A DNA stretch of 64,000 nucleotides from an uncultured Caldisericota bacterium (GTDB lineage Bacteria > Caldisericota > Caldisericia > B22-G15), in contig CAZXJJ010000002.1 in assembly GCA_964640995.1 (NCBI GenBank), positions 146,728 to 210,727 on the forward strand. Reading direction: 5' to 3'. Both the position numbers and the translations under genes were made by a program. The number at the start of each line of letters is the position of its first letter. The first letter of the stretch is position 1. Below, piece after piece: positions 47,253 through 57,402 of the stretch. The notes beneath the pieces were generated by a model, which had not been told where the DNA came from, ran no database searches, and was given only the letters and a program-made list of their open reading frames with translations.

Positions 47253-50048
47253 ATGAAAAAAATAATTATTAGTTTTTTATTAATAATATTATTCATTAAG
47301 ATTTTTCCCATAAAGTTTTTAAATTCACAGGATTTAAACAATATTGAATTTTTTCTTCTAAAAGATGAAGAACAAAAAATTGTGACTATTGGAAAAGGGG
47401 AATTTAAAAATTTCTCTTATAATTTATCAACCAAGGATAATTTATTCACATTTATTATTTCAGGAAAGGGCAATTTAATTTTTAAAATAATTTTTAAAGA
47501 AATGGAGAAAGTATTTCCTGAAATAGATGGAGTATTTATATCACCATTTTATATATTAAAAGACAAAGAAGAAAAGTTATTTATGTTTTCTGTTGATTCT
47601 AGTGGTCTACATTACTTTGAAGTAAAAGAAAAAGAAGAAAACTTTGAAATAAATTATAATATATATTCAAATAAGAAAGAGTTGATTAAATTTAGAATAG
47701 TTAAAGTTAATTCAATTTTTGATGCATTTGAAGATTACTATAAATTTTATAAAATTAAAGATAGAAAAATTGATTTAGGAGGCCTGATATTACCTAATAT
47801 CTCTCTAACAAATATTATAAATAATGTTGGAATTGAAAATTTTAATATTAAAGGAAGAATAATTGATCCAAAAGAGCAGTATGCGCCTGAAAGAATACTT
47901 GAGGGTATAAAATATAAAATAAAAAATTTTGTTTTATTTGACCCAATAAAATTGAAGTTTGAAAATATAGATATAAATAAAATAGAAAAGGAGCTATTTT
48001 TTAATGAGAATCCATATTATAAATTAATGGGTATCCAAATTTTAACTTCATCTATAAAAAATAAAGATGGAAGTATTATTAAAATAGAAAAAAAAAGTGA
48101 GCCAACTTTAAAAATTGTTTCAGGTGAAAAAGTTCCAGATTATAAAGAAAATTCAGTTGATACAATAATTTTTTTAAATCCAGAACAAAATTTTTTAAAA
48201 AACAAGGGAATAAGTTCATTTGATATTTATTATTCAAGATACATTTATCCACTAAATATAGCTATAACAATATCAAATAGACAACTTGAAATTAAAGGTG
48301 AAAATGAAGCAAGGTATCATGGTCTTGCCTTAGATTTTTCTGATGTTGAAGATTTTTTTAATTTTGATAAGAAAAAGTTTAATAATAATCCAAAATCATT
48401 TATAGATGGAGAAGTTGCACAATTTTATTGTTCAAATCTATATAATTTTTTAAATAGTTTACAAAAAAATTATCCAGTTCTCTCAATCAATCCAAAATAT
48501 TATCAACTAATAATGAATTCAGATTTAATTTATAAAGAGATTGAAGATTTAAATTATTTAAATAATTTACCTATTGAAAGAGTTATTGTTCCTAATAGAC
48601 CAATTGTCTTTTCATTTAGACTAAAAAATGAAGATATAAATGAAAGTGTTTTAAATAAAATTTTTAAAAACTCTTTAATTTATGGAGTTTATCCAACATT
48701 TTCAAAACCTCAAGATGAACCATATTCAATATGGGATAATGTGGAGAAATTAAAACTTTTGGCTAATTATAAGGATTTTTATGATTTAATAGGAAAAATT
48801 GAATCTAAAGGTTTTATAGGCAAAAGCATCGCAACTATTGAAAATGGATATATATATCAATTTGGAGATTTTCCAGATATTTTTTTTACAATTAATGGAT
48901 ATGGAAAAATTAAAATTGAAAAAAGCGCTCTTGAATCGCAAGGTAATATTTCTATAATAAATCCCCTCAATAATGAAAAAGTTGAATTTTATGAGGAAGG
49001 AAACAACATAATAATAGATTCATGGGGGCTAAATGTTATAAATATAAAAAATGAAAACATCCAAACACAATCTGAAAACCAGAATATATCAAAATTCTCA
49101 AAGTTTGAAAATAAGAAAATTTCAATTTTAATTTTCGTTTCAGTTTTATTTTTTGTATTTTTAAATCTATTATTAAGAAAAATAAACTTGATTATCAATA
49201 TTAAACCAACTTATATTATTTTTACTTTATTAATTTTATCCTTAATCATAAATCAATTTTTGGGGTTATCATCTCCATTTTATATTCTATTATTAATAGG
49301 AATATATTTTATTTTTACCTCAACTTTTTCTTCACTTACAAAAAAATCTTTTCTATTAAATTTTTCTCTTGTTTTTCTATTATCCTCTCTTATCTTTTAC
49401 ATTTTAAATGGTAATCAAGCAATTTTTTCGCCACCATATTATCTTTTTTACAACACTTATTTTATTTCTATTATATTAACCTATTTTGTTTTTATCTTTT
49501 ATCATTTTGAATGGAAAAAGATTTATGATATATTAATTTTCTCAACAATTTTAATTGTCATTTTAATTTCAAATCCAACAAGAAATCCATTTTATTCGCC
49601 TCCAATTGATTATACATTTTTAATATCATCTCTAATTCTTGCGCTTTTTATTTTCTTACTATCTAAAAATTTATTAAAAATTATATTATTTTCTTTATTT
49701 GCTTTTCTTATCATTAATTATATTTTCATAGATAAAATCTATTTTTATCTTCTTTCAAAAGAAATATTTATTTCAGTTGATTTTATTCAAAATTTAACTT
49801 TACTTTTTGCTCTTTCAATTATTTTTATATATTTTTCAAAATCAAAATTTAAAACTAAAACAAAATTGGTTTATAACTTTTTAATAATATTTTTTATAGT
49901 TGTATCAATATACTTAAATAGAATTCTTTTGGTCTCTCCCAATATTTTTGGTATTATATCAAGCATAATAAAGTTAATTTTTTATATAATTTTAATAATA
50001 TATTTGATTTTCTTTGTTGAATCAACATTTATTAAAAAGGAGGAGTAA
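47253..50048 (+). CDS. large membrane protein: signal peptide, ~650-aa extracytoplasmic domain, C-terminal polytopic domain
   Basis: Start ATG 47253 (MKKIIISFLLIILF) with RBS AAAGGAGAG; C-terminal ~300 aa has about 10 hydrophobic helices. ORF-track start 47082 is an extension into mntP. Confidence 0.5.
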   Translation: MKKIIISFLLIILFIKIFPIKFLNSQDLNNIEFFLLKDEEQKIVTIGKGEFKNFSYNLSTKDNLFTFIISGKGNLIFKIIFKEMEKVFPEIDGVFISPFYILKDKEEKLFMFSVDSSGLHYFEVKEKEENFEINYNIYSNKKELIKFRIVKVNSIFDAFEDYYKFYKIKDRKIDLGGLILPNISLTNIINNVGIENFNIKGRIIDPKEQYAPERILEGIKYKIKNFVLFDPIKLKFENIDINKIEKELFFNENPYYKLMGIQILTSSIKNKDGSIIKIEKKSEPTLKIVSGEKVPDYKENSVDTIIFLNPEQNFLKNKGISSFDIYYSRYIYPLNIAITISNRQLEIKGENEARYHGLALDFSDVEDFFNFDKKKFNNNPKSFIDGEVAQFYCSNLYNFLNSLQKNYPVLSINPKYYQLIMNSDLIYKEIEDLNYLNNLPIERVIVPNRPIVFSFRLKNEDINESVLNKIFKNSLIYGVYPTFSKPQDEPYSIWDNVEKLKLLANYKDFYDLIGKIESKGFIGKSIATIENGYIYQFGDFPDIFFTINGYGKIKIEKSALESQGNISIINPLNNEKVEFYEEGNNIIIDSWGLNVINIKNENIQTQSENQNISKFSKFENKKISILIFVSVLFFVFLNLLLRKINLIINIKPTYIIFTLLILSLIINQFLGLSSPFYILLLIGIYFIFTSTFSSLTKKSFLLNFSLVFLLSSLIFYILNGNQAIFSPPYYLFYNTYFISIILTYFVFIFYHFEWKKIYDILIFSTILIVILISNPTRNPFYSPPIDYTFLISSLILALFIFLLSKNLLKIILFSLFAFLIINYIFIDKIYFYLLSKEIFISVDFIQNLTLLFALSIIFIYFSKSKFKTKTKLVYNFLIIFFIVVSIYLNRILLVSPNIFGIISSIIKLIFYIILIIYLIFFVESTFIKKEE

Positions 50049-51571
50049 TGGCAAAATTACTAATTGATGGAAATAGTTTAACAATAGAAGACCTTGTTTC
50101 AGTTGTCAGATTTAGGAAGGGTGTTGAACTTTCTCCTTATGCAATTGATAAAATAGATGATGCAAGAAGAATTTTAGAAATTATCTCAAAAAGAGATGAA
50201 CCTATTTATGGAGTAAATACAGGGCTTGGAAAATTATGTAATGTTAAAATAAGTAAAGAAAATTTATTAAAACTACAAGAAAATATAGTTCACTCTCATA
50301 ATATTAATATAAAACCATACTCTTCAAAAGAGATAGTTAGAGGGACAATGCTTATAAGAGCAAATTCACTTGCAAAAGGGTTTTCTGGAATAAGAAGAGA
50401 AATTATAGAAAGAATAATTCTTTTTTTAAATGAAGATATAGTGCCTTACATAACACAAAAAGGGTCGCTTGGAGCATCAGGTGATCTTATTCCTCTTGCA
50501 TCACTTGCTGCTTTTTTAATGGGAGAGGGAAAAGGAATATATAAGGGAAAGGAGTTTAAATCAATTGATATACACAAAAAATTAAATATTGAGCCTTTCA
50601 CTTTTTTAGAGAAAGAAGCACTATCTTTGATAAATGGAACATCATTTTCTCTTGCAATAGCATCAATTTCAGCATTTGATGCAAAACAAATTCTTAAAAA
50701 TGCCATAATTTCAGGAGCATTAAGTATGGAGGCACTTCTTGCTTCTTCCACACCTTTCAACCCTCTAATTCATAAGGCAAAACCTCAAACTGGCCAAGGA
50801 GTTATTGCTTATGCTATAAACTTACTTATTGAAGGTAGCACATTTATAAATTCAGTTAAAGATAAAGTCCAAGATTCATATGTAATTAGATGTTTACCAC
50901 AAATTTATGGCTCTGTTTACAATACATTAAAATTTGTTGAAAAAAATTTAACAATTGAACTTAATTCAGCATCAGATAATCCTCTTGTTTTTGCCGAAGA
51001 AAATCTTATCCTTTCTGGTGGAAATTTTCATGGATCTTTTATTTCAACTAACTCAGATTTTCTTTCAATTGAGTTAACTATTATGAGTAATAATATAGAA
51101 AGAAGAATAAATAGATTAATGAACCCAAATTTATCTTATGGACTTCCTCCATTTTTAATTGAGAATAGTGGACTTAACACAGGTTTAATGTTAATGCAGT
51201 ATCTTGCAGCATCTATTGTAAGCGAAAATAGAATTCTCTCTTACCCTGCATCTGTAACTTCAATGTCTGTTTCATGTGACCAAGAAGATGATACAAGTAT
51301 GTCGAGTAATTCTGCAAAAAAATTAAGACAAATTGTTGATAATTTATATACAATTATTTCTATTGAATTAATTTCAGCAATTCAAGCACTCTCTTTTAGA
51401 AGTGGAAAACTAGGAATAGGAACATTAGAAGCATATAAAATTTTAAGAGATGTTTATCAACCTATCACAAAAGATGAAAATTTGACATCAACAATTGAAA
51501 AAGTAAAAGAATTGGTTTTTGATGGAAGTATAGTAAAAGAGGTAGAAAAAGAGGTTGGGGAACTTTTCTAA
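50048..51571 (+). CDS. hutH: aromatic amino-acid ammonia-lyase family enzyme (histidine ammonia-lyase-like, MIO cofactor)
   Basis: GSLGASGDLIPLA contains the Ala-Ser-Gly triad that forms the MIO cofactor; 507 aa; start coupled (ATGG) to the upstream membrane-protein stop. No hutU/hutI nearby, so substrate is uncertain. Confidence 0.75.
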   Translation: MAKLLIDGNSLTIEDLVSVVRFRKGVELSPYAIDKIDDARRILEIISKRDEPIYGVNTGLGKLCNVKISKENLLKLQENIVHSHNINIKPYSSKEIVRGTMLIRANSLAKGFSGIRREIIERIILFLNEDIVPYITQKGSLGASGDLIPLASLAAFLMGEGKGIYKGKEFKSIDIHKKLNIEPFTFLEKEALSLINGTSFSLAIASISAFDAKQILKNAIISGALSMEALLASSTPFNPLIHKAKPQTGQGVIAYAINLLIEGSTFINSVKDKVQDSYVIRCLPQIYGSVYNTLKFVEKNLTIELNSASDNPLVFAEENLILSGGNFHGSFISTNSDFLSIELTIMSNNIERRINRLMNPNLSYGLPPFLIENSGLNTGLMLMQYLAASIVSENRILSYPASVTSMSVSCDQEDDTSMSSNSAKKLRQIVDNLYTIISIELISAIQALSFRSGKLGIGTLEAYKILRDVYQPITKDENLTSTIEKVKELVFDGSIVKEVEKEVGELF

Positions 51572-52235
51572 ATATATTGGAATAGATGAATCTGGAAAAG
51601 GTGATTTTTTTGGAAACCTTGTTGTTGCCGGTGTAATCTTTTATAAAGAAAAAGAAGAAATTTTTAAACTTTTAAATGTTAGGGATTCTAAAAAAATAGA
51701 AGATAAAAGAATAAAATTTCTATCAAAAGAAATAATAAAGTATCTTCCTTATGAAATAGTATCTATTTCACCAAAAAAATTTAATGAATTGTATCAAAAT
51801 TTTAAAAATATAAATTTAATTCTTTCTTGGGCATATAGCAAGATCATTAAAAATCTTCTTGAGATTGATAAGGTTTCCCTTATTATGATTGATAAATTTA
51901 CAAACAAAAATTATATTGATCTATTTTTAAAGGAAGATCAAAAAAACATTGAGAGAATAGAGATTATTAAAGGAGAAAAAGATTTAGGAATTGCGTGTGC
52001 ATCAATTCTTGCAAGAGATGCTTTTTTAAAATCTATATACTCTTTAGAGAGAAAATGGAGTTTTTCATTTCAAAAAGGCGCAGGAGATATTGTTATTGAA
52101 AGTGGAGTTCTATTTGCTAAAAAATTTGGATTAGAAAAGTTAAATGAAGTCGCAAAAGTAAATTTTAAAAATTATAAAAAGATATTGGAAATTTTAAACA
52201 AAAGAGAGCTTTTTGATGGAGGAAGTTATGTTTGA
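51555..52235 (+). CDS. rnhB: ribonuclease HII
   Basis: IGIDESGKGDFFGNLVVAGV, DSKKI, ACASILARD; 226 aa; TTG start overlapping the upstream gene end. Confidence 0.7.
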   Translation: MGNFSKYIGIDESGKGDFFGNLVVAGVIFYKEKEEIFKLLNVRDSKKIEDKRIKFLSKEIIKYLPYEIVSISPKKFNELYQNFKNINLILSWAYSKIIKNLLEIDKVSLIMIDKFTNKNYIDLFLKEDQKNIERIEIIKGEKDLGIACASILARDAFLKSIYSLERKWSFSFQKGAGDIVIESGVLFAKKFGLEKLNEVAKVNFKNYKKILEILNKRELFDGGSYV

Positions 52236-52857
52236 CAAAAAAGAATTTATCGAAATTATAAAACTTATGTGGGAAAAAGAACTTATTGGTGGTTATGGCG
52301 GAAATATATCAATAAGAGAAAATGATAATCTTTTAATAACACCATCTGGAATGAATAAAAATTTTTTAAAAGAGGATGATTTAATTATAGTTAATATGAA
52401 TGGCGAGGTTTTGGAAGGAAAGGGCAAACCTTCAACAGAAATATTGATGCATTTTGAAATATACAAAAAAAGAGAAAATGTAAAAGCAATAATTCATTCT
52501 CACCCTTCTTATTCAGTTGCAATATGTATATCTGATATTGAAATTATGAATGAACTCTTACCAGAAACAATAATTTATCTTGGAAAAATAGGATTTGCAA
52601 AATACATAAAACCAGGAACTCTTGATCTTGCAAAAAGCGTTGCAGAGAGTTTAACTGATGGTGATGCATCTTTAATTGAAAACCATGGAGTTGTGGTAGT
52701 TGGAAAAAATTTAATTGATGCATACAGTAAAATTGAACTTCTTGAAGAGTTTTCAAAATCATTTATCTATTCAAAATTATTAGGAAAAGTTAAAAAACTT
52801 CCAGAAGAGGATGTAAGATATTTCTTTGAGGTTTATAAATATTTAGGAAAAATTTAA
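52213..52857 (+). CDS. class II aldolase/adducin-family protein
   Basis: Metal-binding IIHSHPSYS and ENHGVVVVG; 214 aa. Confidence 0.7.
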   Translation: MMEEVMFDKKEFIEIIKLMWEKELIGGYGGNISIRENDNLLITPSGMNKNFLKEDDLIIVNMNGEVLEGKGKPSTEILMHFEIYKKRENVKAIIHSHPSYSVAICISDIEIMNELLPETIIYLGKIGFAKYIKPGTLDLAKSVAESLTDGDASLIENHGVVVVGKNLIDAYSKIELLEEFSKSFIYSKLLGKVKKLPEEDVRYFFEVYKYLGKI

Positions 52858-52859
52858 AA

Positions 52860-53237
52860 CTATTTTATCTCTTCCCACAAGGAATCAAGTTTATTTATAT
52901 TTAACTCTTTTAAATTTAACTTTCTTTCTAAAGCTATTTTTTTCATTTTTTCTATTCTTTCTTTAAATTTATCAAAACTTTTTATAAGAGTATCTAAAAT
53001 ATCTAAATTTAAAAATCTAGATAAATTAACTATTGTGATAATTATGTCCCCAAATTCTTCTTCTATTTCTTCTTTTTTATCTCTTTTGAGCGCTTCTCTT
53101 AACTCTTTTATCTCTTCTTCAAGTTTATCTAAAACACCAAATGCACTATCCCAATCAAATCCATATTCATTTCTCAAAAAATTTTGATAATCAATTATTT
53201 CTTTTATAATTTCTCTCTCTTTTTCCACTCTTCCCAT
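52860..53237 (-). CDS. MazG-type nucleotide pyrophosphohydrolase domain (likely second half of a split gene)
   Basis: 125 aa with GFDWDS and EEIKELREAL/EEEFGDIII (EExxE-type) motifs; overlaps the upstream ORF by 34 nt in another frame. Confidence 0.55.
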   Translation of the reverse strand: MGRVEKEREIIKEIIDYQNFLRNEYGFDWDSAFGVLDKLEEEIKELREALKRDKKEEIEEEFGDIIITIVNLSRFLNLDILDTLIKSFDKFKERIEKMKKIALERKLNLKELNINKLDSLWEEIK

Positions 53238-54040
53238 CTCTCCTCTACATCTTTTGAATTATTTATAATCTCATCTTTAAAAACATGAGGATGTCTTCCT
53301 ACAAGTTTTTTTATAACTTTTGTTAAAACATCATTCATTTTAAACTCATTTTTTTCTTCTCCGATTACTATCTGAAAAAAAATTTCAAGCATTACATCTC
53401 CAAGTTCTTCTGAAATATTTTCAATATCATTTTTAAAAATTGCTTCTTTAAGCTCTTCAACTTCACTATCAAGATATTTCACAAGTGATTCTCTTGTTTG
53501 CTCTTTATCCCATGGGCACTCTTTTCTTAAAGTTTTAATAGTTTCATAAAAAATTTTAAAATTTAATTCTTCTTCATTAGGAATAATTGCAGGAAGAATT
53601 TCATTTAACTCATAAATAAAACTCTCCTGTTTGAGTGTTTCTATTCCAAAATTTCTTTTTTTTCTTAAAAGTTCGATACTCTCTTTTGGCGAATAACCTT
53701 TATATAAGAAATAAATTGCAATAAAAGTTCCTGTTCTACCAATTCCTGCATCACAATGTATGAGAGTTGGAATATTCCACTTTTCCATCAAATCTATCCA
53801 ATAAATAAATTTTTTTACTTGTTCAAAATTAGGAATATCAAAATCTTTTACTGGAAGATAAAGATATCTTATTTTATATTTTTGAAGCAAATAATCTGGT
53901 AATTTTCTCTCTGAAAAAGTTACAATTGATCTTATTTTATTTTCTTTTAAATATTTAAATTTTTCTTCACTATCTGGATATTCAGATGCAGCGAGAAAAT
54001 TATCAACAATCCAAGAAAAATTATTGAAAGGGTTTTGCAT
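53204..54040 (-). CDS. dual-specificity/tyrosine phosphatase domain fused to MazG nucleotide pyrophosphohydrolase domain
   Basis: N-terminal PTP signature HCDAGIGRTG (CX5R); C-terminal MazG domain (EVEELKEA, EELGDVMLEI, GRHPHVF, RWEEWKK). Confidence 0.6.
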   Translation of the reverse strand: MQNPFNNFSWIVDNFLAASEYPDSEEKFKYLKENKIRSIVTFSERKLPDYLLQKYKIRYLYLPVKDFDIPNFEQVKKFIYWIDLMEKWNIPTLIHCDAGIGRTGTFIAIYFLYKGYSPKESIELLRKKRNFGIETLKQESFIYELNEILPAIIPNEEELNFKIFYETIKTLRKECPWDKEQTRESLVKYLDSEVEELKEAIFKNDIENISEELGDVMLEIFFQIVIGEEKNEFKMNDVLTKVIKKLVGRHPHVFKDEIINNSKDVEERWEEWKKREKL

Positions 54041-54107
54041 ATGATAATTATATCATTTCTCTTCGTGTTATAATATTTTAAGTATGATTTTCATTAAGGA
54101 GGAATAG

Positions 54108-54959
54108 ATGTTTGAGATAACATATAAAGAAGAACTCTGTCCTACAATTTTTTTAATGAAAGTTAAAGCACCTCTTGTGGCAAAAAATGCAAAACCTGGT
54201 CAATTTTTTGTTTTAAGGGTCTATGAAAAGGGGGAAAGAATACCACTTACAATAGCAGATTATGAGAATGATGAAATTACTATGGTTTTTCAAACAGTTG
54301 GACTTACAACATATCTTTTATCTTATAAAGAGATCGGAGATACAATCTATGACATTGTAGGACCACTTGGAACTCCTTCAGAGATTCATAAATATGAAAA
54401 TGGTTCAATTGTTTTAATTGGCGGTGGAGTTGGAATTGCACCAATTTATCCAATTTTAAGAGGTTTCAAAGAAATTGGAAACAAAGTTATCTCTATCCTT
54501 GGAGCAAGAAGTAAAAATTTACTTTTCTGGGAAGATAGATTCAGAAAAATTTCAGATGAAGTTTTAATTACAACTGATGATGGAACTTATGGAAAAAAGG
54601 GTTTTGTAACAGATGCATTAAAAGAATTAATTGATAGAGGAGAAAGAATCGCTCAAGTTACTGCAATTGGTCCACCTATAATGATGAAAAATGTCGCAGA
54701 GCTTACAAGACCATATGGAATAAAAACGATTGTTAGCTTAAATTCAATTATGGTTGATGGTACAGGTATGTGTGGAGTATGCAGAGTTGAAGTTGGTAAT
54801 GAAACAAAATTAACATGTCAAGATGGTCCAGAATTTGATGGACATCTCGTTAATTTCCAGCTTCTTTTTGAAAGATTAAAAATGTACAGAAATGAAGAAC
54901 AAATTGCAATGAATTTCCTTGAAGAAAAAAGGAGGATGATCCATGGCTATAAATCCTAA
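54108..54959 (+). CDS. nfnA: NADH-dependent reduced ferredoxin:NADP oxidoreductase subunit A / sulfide dehydrogenase beta-like (PyrK-fold)
   Basis: FAD/NAD-binding fold with C-terminal 2Fe-2S motif GMCGVCRVEV...C; 283 aa; coupled to the GltD-like subunit. Confidence 0.7.
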   Translation: MFEITYKEELCPTIFLMKVKAPLVAKNAKPGQFFVLRVYEKGERIPLTIADYENDEITMVFQTVGLTTYLLSYKEIGDTIYDIVGPLGTPSEIHKYENGSIVLIGGGVGIAPIYPILRGFKEIGNKVISILGARSKNLLFWEDRFRKISDEVLITTDDGTYGKKGFVTDALKELIDRGERIAQVTAIGPPIMMKNVAELTRPYGIKTIVSLNSIMVDGTGMCGVCRVEVGNETKLTCQDGPEFDGHLVNFQLLFERLKMYRNEEQIAMNFLEEKRRMIHGYKS

Positions 54960-56361
54960 AAAAACTCCAATGAAGGAACAAGACCCAAAAGAGAGAATAA
55001 AAAATTTTGATGAAGTTCCATTTGGATATACAGAAGATGAAGCAACTATAGAAGCAGAAAGATGTCTTCAATGCAAAATTCCAAAATGCATTGAAGGATG
55101 TCCTGTTAATGTTGATATCCCAGGTTTTATAAAAGCAATAAAAGATACAGATTTTGATAGAGCAATTAAGATTATGAAAAATACAAATTCTCTTCCAGCA
55201 ATAACTGGAAGAGTTTGTCCTCAAGAAACTCAATGTGAAGAAAAATGCGTATTAGCAAAAAAATATGAACCAGTTGCAATAGGAAGATTAGAAAGGTTTA
55301 TTGCTGATTGGGATGCAAAAAGAGGAATGGTTATTCCTGAAATAAATGAAAGATATGATATTAAAGTTGCAATTGTTGGAGCAGGTCCAGCAGGTTTAAC
55401 TTGTGCAGCAGATCTTGCAAAATTTGGTTATGATGTAACAATATTTGAATCACTTCATGCCCCAGGTGGTGTTTTAATTTATGGAATTCCAGAATTCAGA
55501 TTACCTAAATCTATTGTCCAAAGAGAGGTAGAATATGTTAAAAAACTTGGAGTAAAAATTATTGCCAATGTTGTTGTTGGAAGAACATTCACTTTAAGAG
55601 ATCTATTCAATGAAGGATATAAAGCAATATTTTTAGGAACAGGTGCTGGTGCTCCACAATTTATGAATATTCAAGGAGAAAATTTACTTGGAATTCTTTC
55701 TGCAAATGAATACTTAACAAGAATAAATTTAATGAAAGCATATAAATTTCCAGAATATGACACACCCGTTAAAAAGGGAGGAGTTGTAGCTGTTATAGGA
55801 GCAGGAAATGTTGCAATGGATGCTGCAAGAAGTGCATTAAGAATGGGCGCTGAAAGAGTAATTGTTGTATATAGAAGAACAGAACAAGAAATGCCCGCAA
55901 GAGTTGAAGAGTATCACCATGCAATTGAAGAAGGAGTTGAATTTTTGTGGCTCACATGTCCAACAAGATATTTTGGAGATGAAAATGGATGGGTTAAAGA
56001 GATGGAAGTTATTAAAAATGAACTAGGTGAACCAGATGAATCTGGAAGAAGAAGACCTGTTCCAATTAAAGGAAGTGAATATAGGATTAAAGTTGATACA
56101 GTTATTGTTGCAATAGGAACAGTTCCAAACCCTCTTGTTGCTAGAACAAGTGGACTTAAAACTGGAAGACATGGAGTTGTATTAGCAGATGAAAATGGAA
56201 GAACATCCCTTGAAGGGGTTTGGGCAGGTGGAGATATTGTAACTGGTGCTGCAACTGTAATTCTTGCAATGGGTGCAGGTAAAAAAGCAGCACAAGATAT
56301 GGATAGATATTTAAAGGAAAAGTACATTCACAAAAGAGAATTTGTCTGGGCTTCAATTTAA
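54943..56361 (+). CDS. nfnB: NfnB / glutamate synthase small-subunit-like oxidoreductase
   Basis: N-terminal Fe-S cysteine cluster (CLQCKIPKCIEGCP, CPQETQCEEKC), FAD/NADPH Rossmann motifs VAIVGAGPAGL and VAVIGAGNVAMD; 472 aa. Confidence 0.8.
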   Translation: MAINPKKTPMKEQDPKERIKNFDEVPFGYTEDEATIEAERCLQCKIPKCIEGCPVNVDIPGFIKAIKDTDFDRAIKIMKNTNSLPAITGRVCPQETQCEEKCVLAKKYEPVAIGRLERFIADWDAKRGMVIPEINERYDIKVAIVGAGPAGLTCAADLAKFGYDVTIFESLHAPGGVLIYGIPEFRLPKSIVQREVEYVKKLGVKIIANVVVGRTFTLRDLFNEGYKAIFLGTGAGAPQFMNIQGENLLGILSANEYLTRINLMKAYKFPEYDTPVKKGGVVAVIGAGNVAMDAARSALRMGAERVIVVYRRTEQEMPARVEEYHHAIEEGVEFLWLTCPTRYFGDENGWVKEMEVIKNELGEPDESGRRRPVPIKGSEYRIKVDTVIVAIGTVPNPLVARTSGLKTGRHGVVLADENGRTSLEGVWAGGDIVTGAATVILAMGAGKKAAQDMDRYLKEKYIHKREFVWASI

Positions 56362-56376
56362 AATTGGAGGAACTAT

Positions 56377-57402
56377 TTGGAAAACATAAAAGAAGCCCTA
56401 ATTTATGAAAGGTTAGAAAAAAAAAGAGTTAGATGTAATTTATGTTATAAAAGGTGTTTAATCAAAGAGGGTGAATATGGTTTCTGTGGTGTTAGAAAAA
56501 ATATAGATGGGACTTTATTTACAACTATTTATGGAGTTATATCTTCAATTGCAATAGATCCAATAGAAAAAAAACCACTTTTTCACTTTTATCCAGGAAG
56601 CAAAACTCTTTCATTAGGAACATGGGGATGTAACCTTAGATGCGGTCATTGTCAAAACTGGCAAATTTCTTATGAAAATTATCATGATAAATTACTATCA
56701 ATGAGTAAATATTTAACACCTCAAGAACTAATAAATTTAGCAAAATCCTATAACTCAAAAGGCATCTCTTTTACTTACAATGAACCAACAATTTGGTTTG
56801 AATATACACTTGATGTTTTTAAACTTGCAAAAGAGAATGGTTTATATACAGTCTATGTGACAAATGGGACAATAACATCAGAAGGCCTAAATATAATTTC
56901 ACCTAATCTTGATGCATTTAGAGTTGATATAAAGGCATTTTATGATTCAAGTTTTAAAAAAATTACTGATGTTAAAGGCGCAAATTTTATTCTCGAAAGA
57001 GCAATTGAGGCAAAAAAACTTGGAATGCATGTTGAAGTTGTTACAAATGTTATACCAACTGTAAATGATTCAATAAAAGAAATGGAAGAACTTGCCAACT
57101 GGATTAAAGATAATCTTGGACCAAAAACTCCATGGCATATTACAAGATTTTACCCATATATGAACTTTTCTCATCTTATGCCTACACCAATAAAAACTCT
57201 TGAAATGATTAAAGAAATAGGAGATAAGATAGGCTTAAATTTTGTTTATATAGGAAATGTTTTTGGACATCCATTTGAAAATACTTATTGTCCAAATTGT
57301 AAAAGTTTGGTTGTAAAAAGAGCAGGCTTTGATATTCTTGATTATTGTGTAATTCATGGGAGATGTAAATTTTGTGGTTTCGATTTAAATATAAAAGAAT
57401 AA
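56377..57402 (+). CDS. radical SAM enzyme (AmmeMemoRadiSam-type / activating-enzyme-like)
   Basis: CNLRCGHCQNW radical-SAM CX3CX2C motif; N-terminal CxxC..C and C-terminal CPNC...CKFC clusters; 341 aa. Confidence 0.75.
   Translation: MENIKEALIYERLEKKRVRCNLCYKRCLIKEGEYGFCGVRKNIDGTLFTTIYGVISSIAIDPIEKKPLFHFYPGSKTLSLGTWGCNLRCGHCQNWQISYENYHDKLLSMSKYLTPQELINLAKSYNSKGISFTYNEPTIWFEYTLDVFKLAKENGLYTVYVTNGTITSEGLNIISPNLDAFRVDIKAFYDSSFKKITDVKGANFILERAIEAKKLGMHVEVVTNVIPTVNDSIKEMEELANWIKDNLGPKTPWHITRFYPYMNFSHLMPTPIKTLEMIKEIGDKIGLNFVYIGNVFGHPFENTYCPNCKSLVVKRAGFDILDYCVIHGRCKFCGFDLNIKE

Noticed and set aside
55914-56356. Minus-strand ORFs of 137 and 66 aa inside nfnB
   Set aside because: Antisense to a gene with unambiguous Fe-S and FAD/NADPH motifs; Pro/Ser/Thr-rich junk composition.
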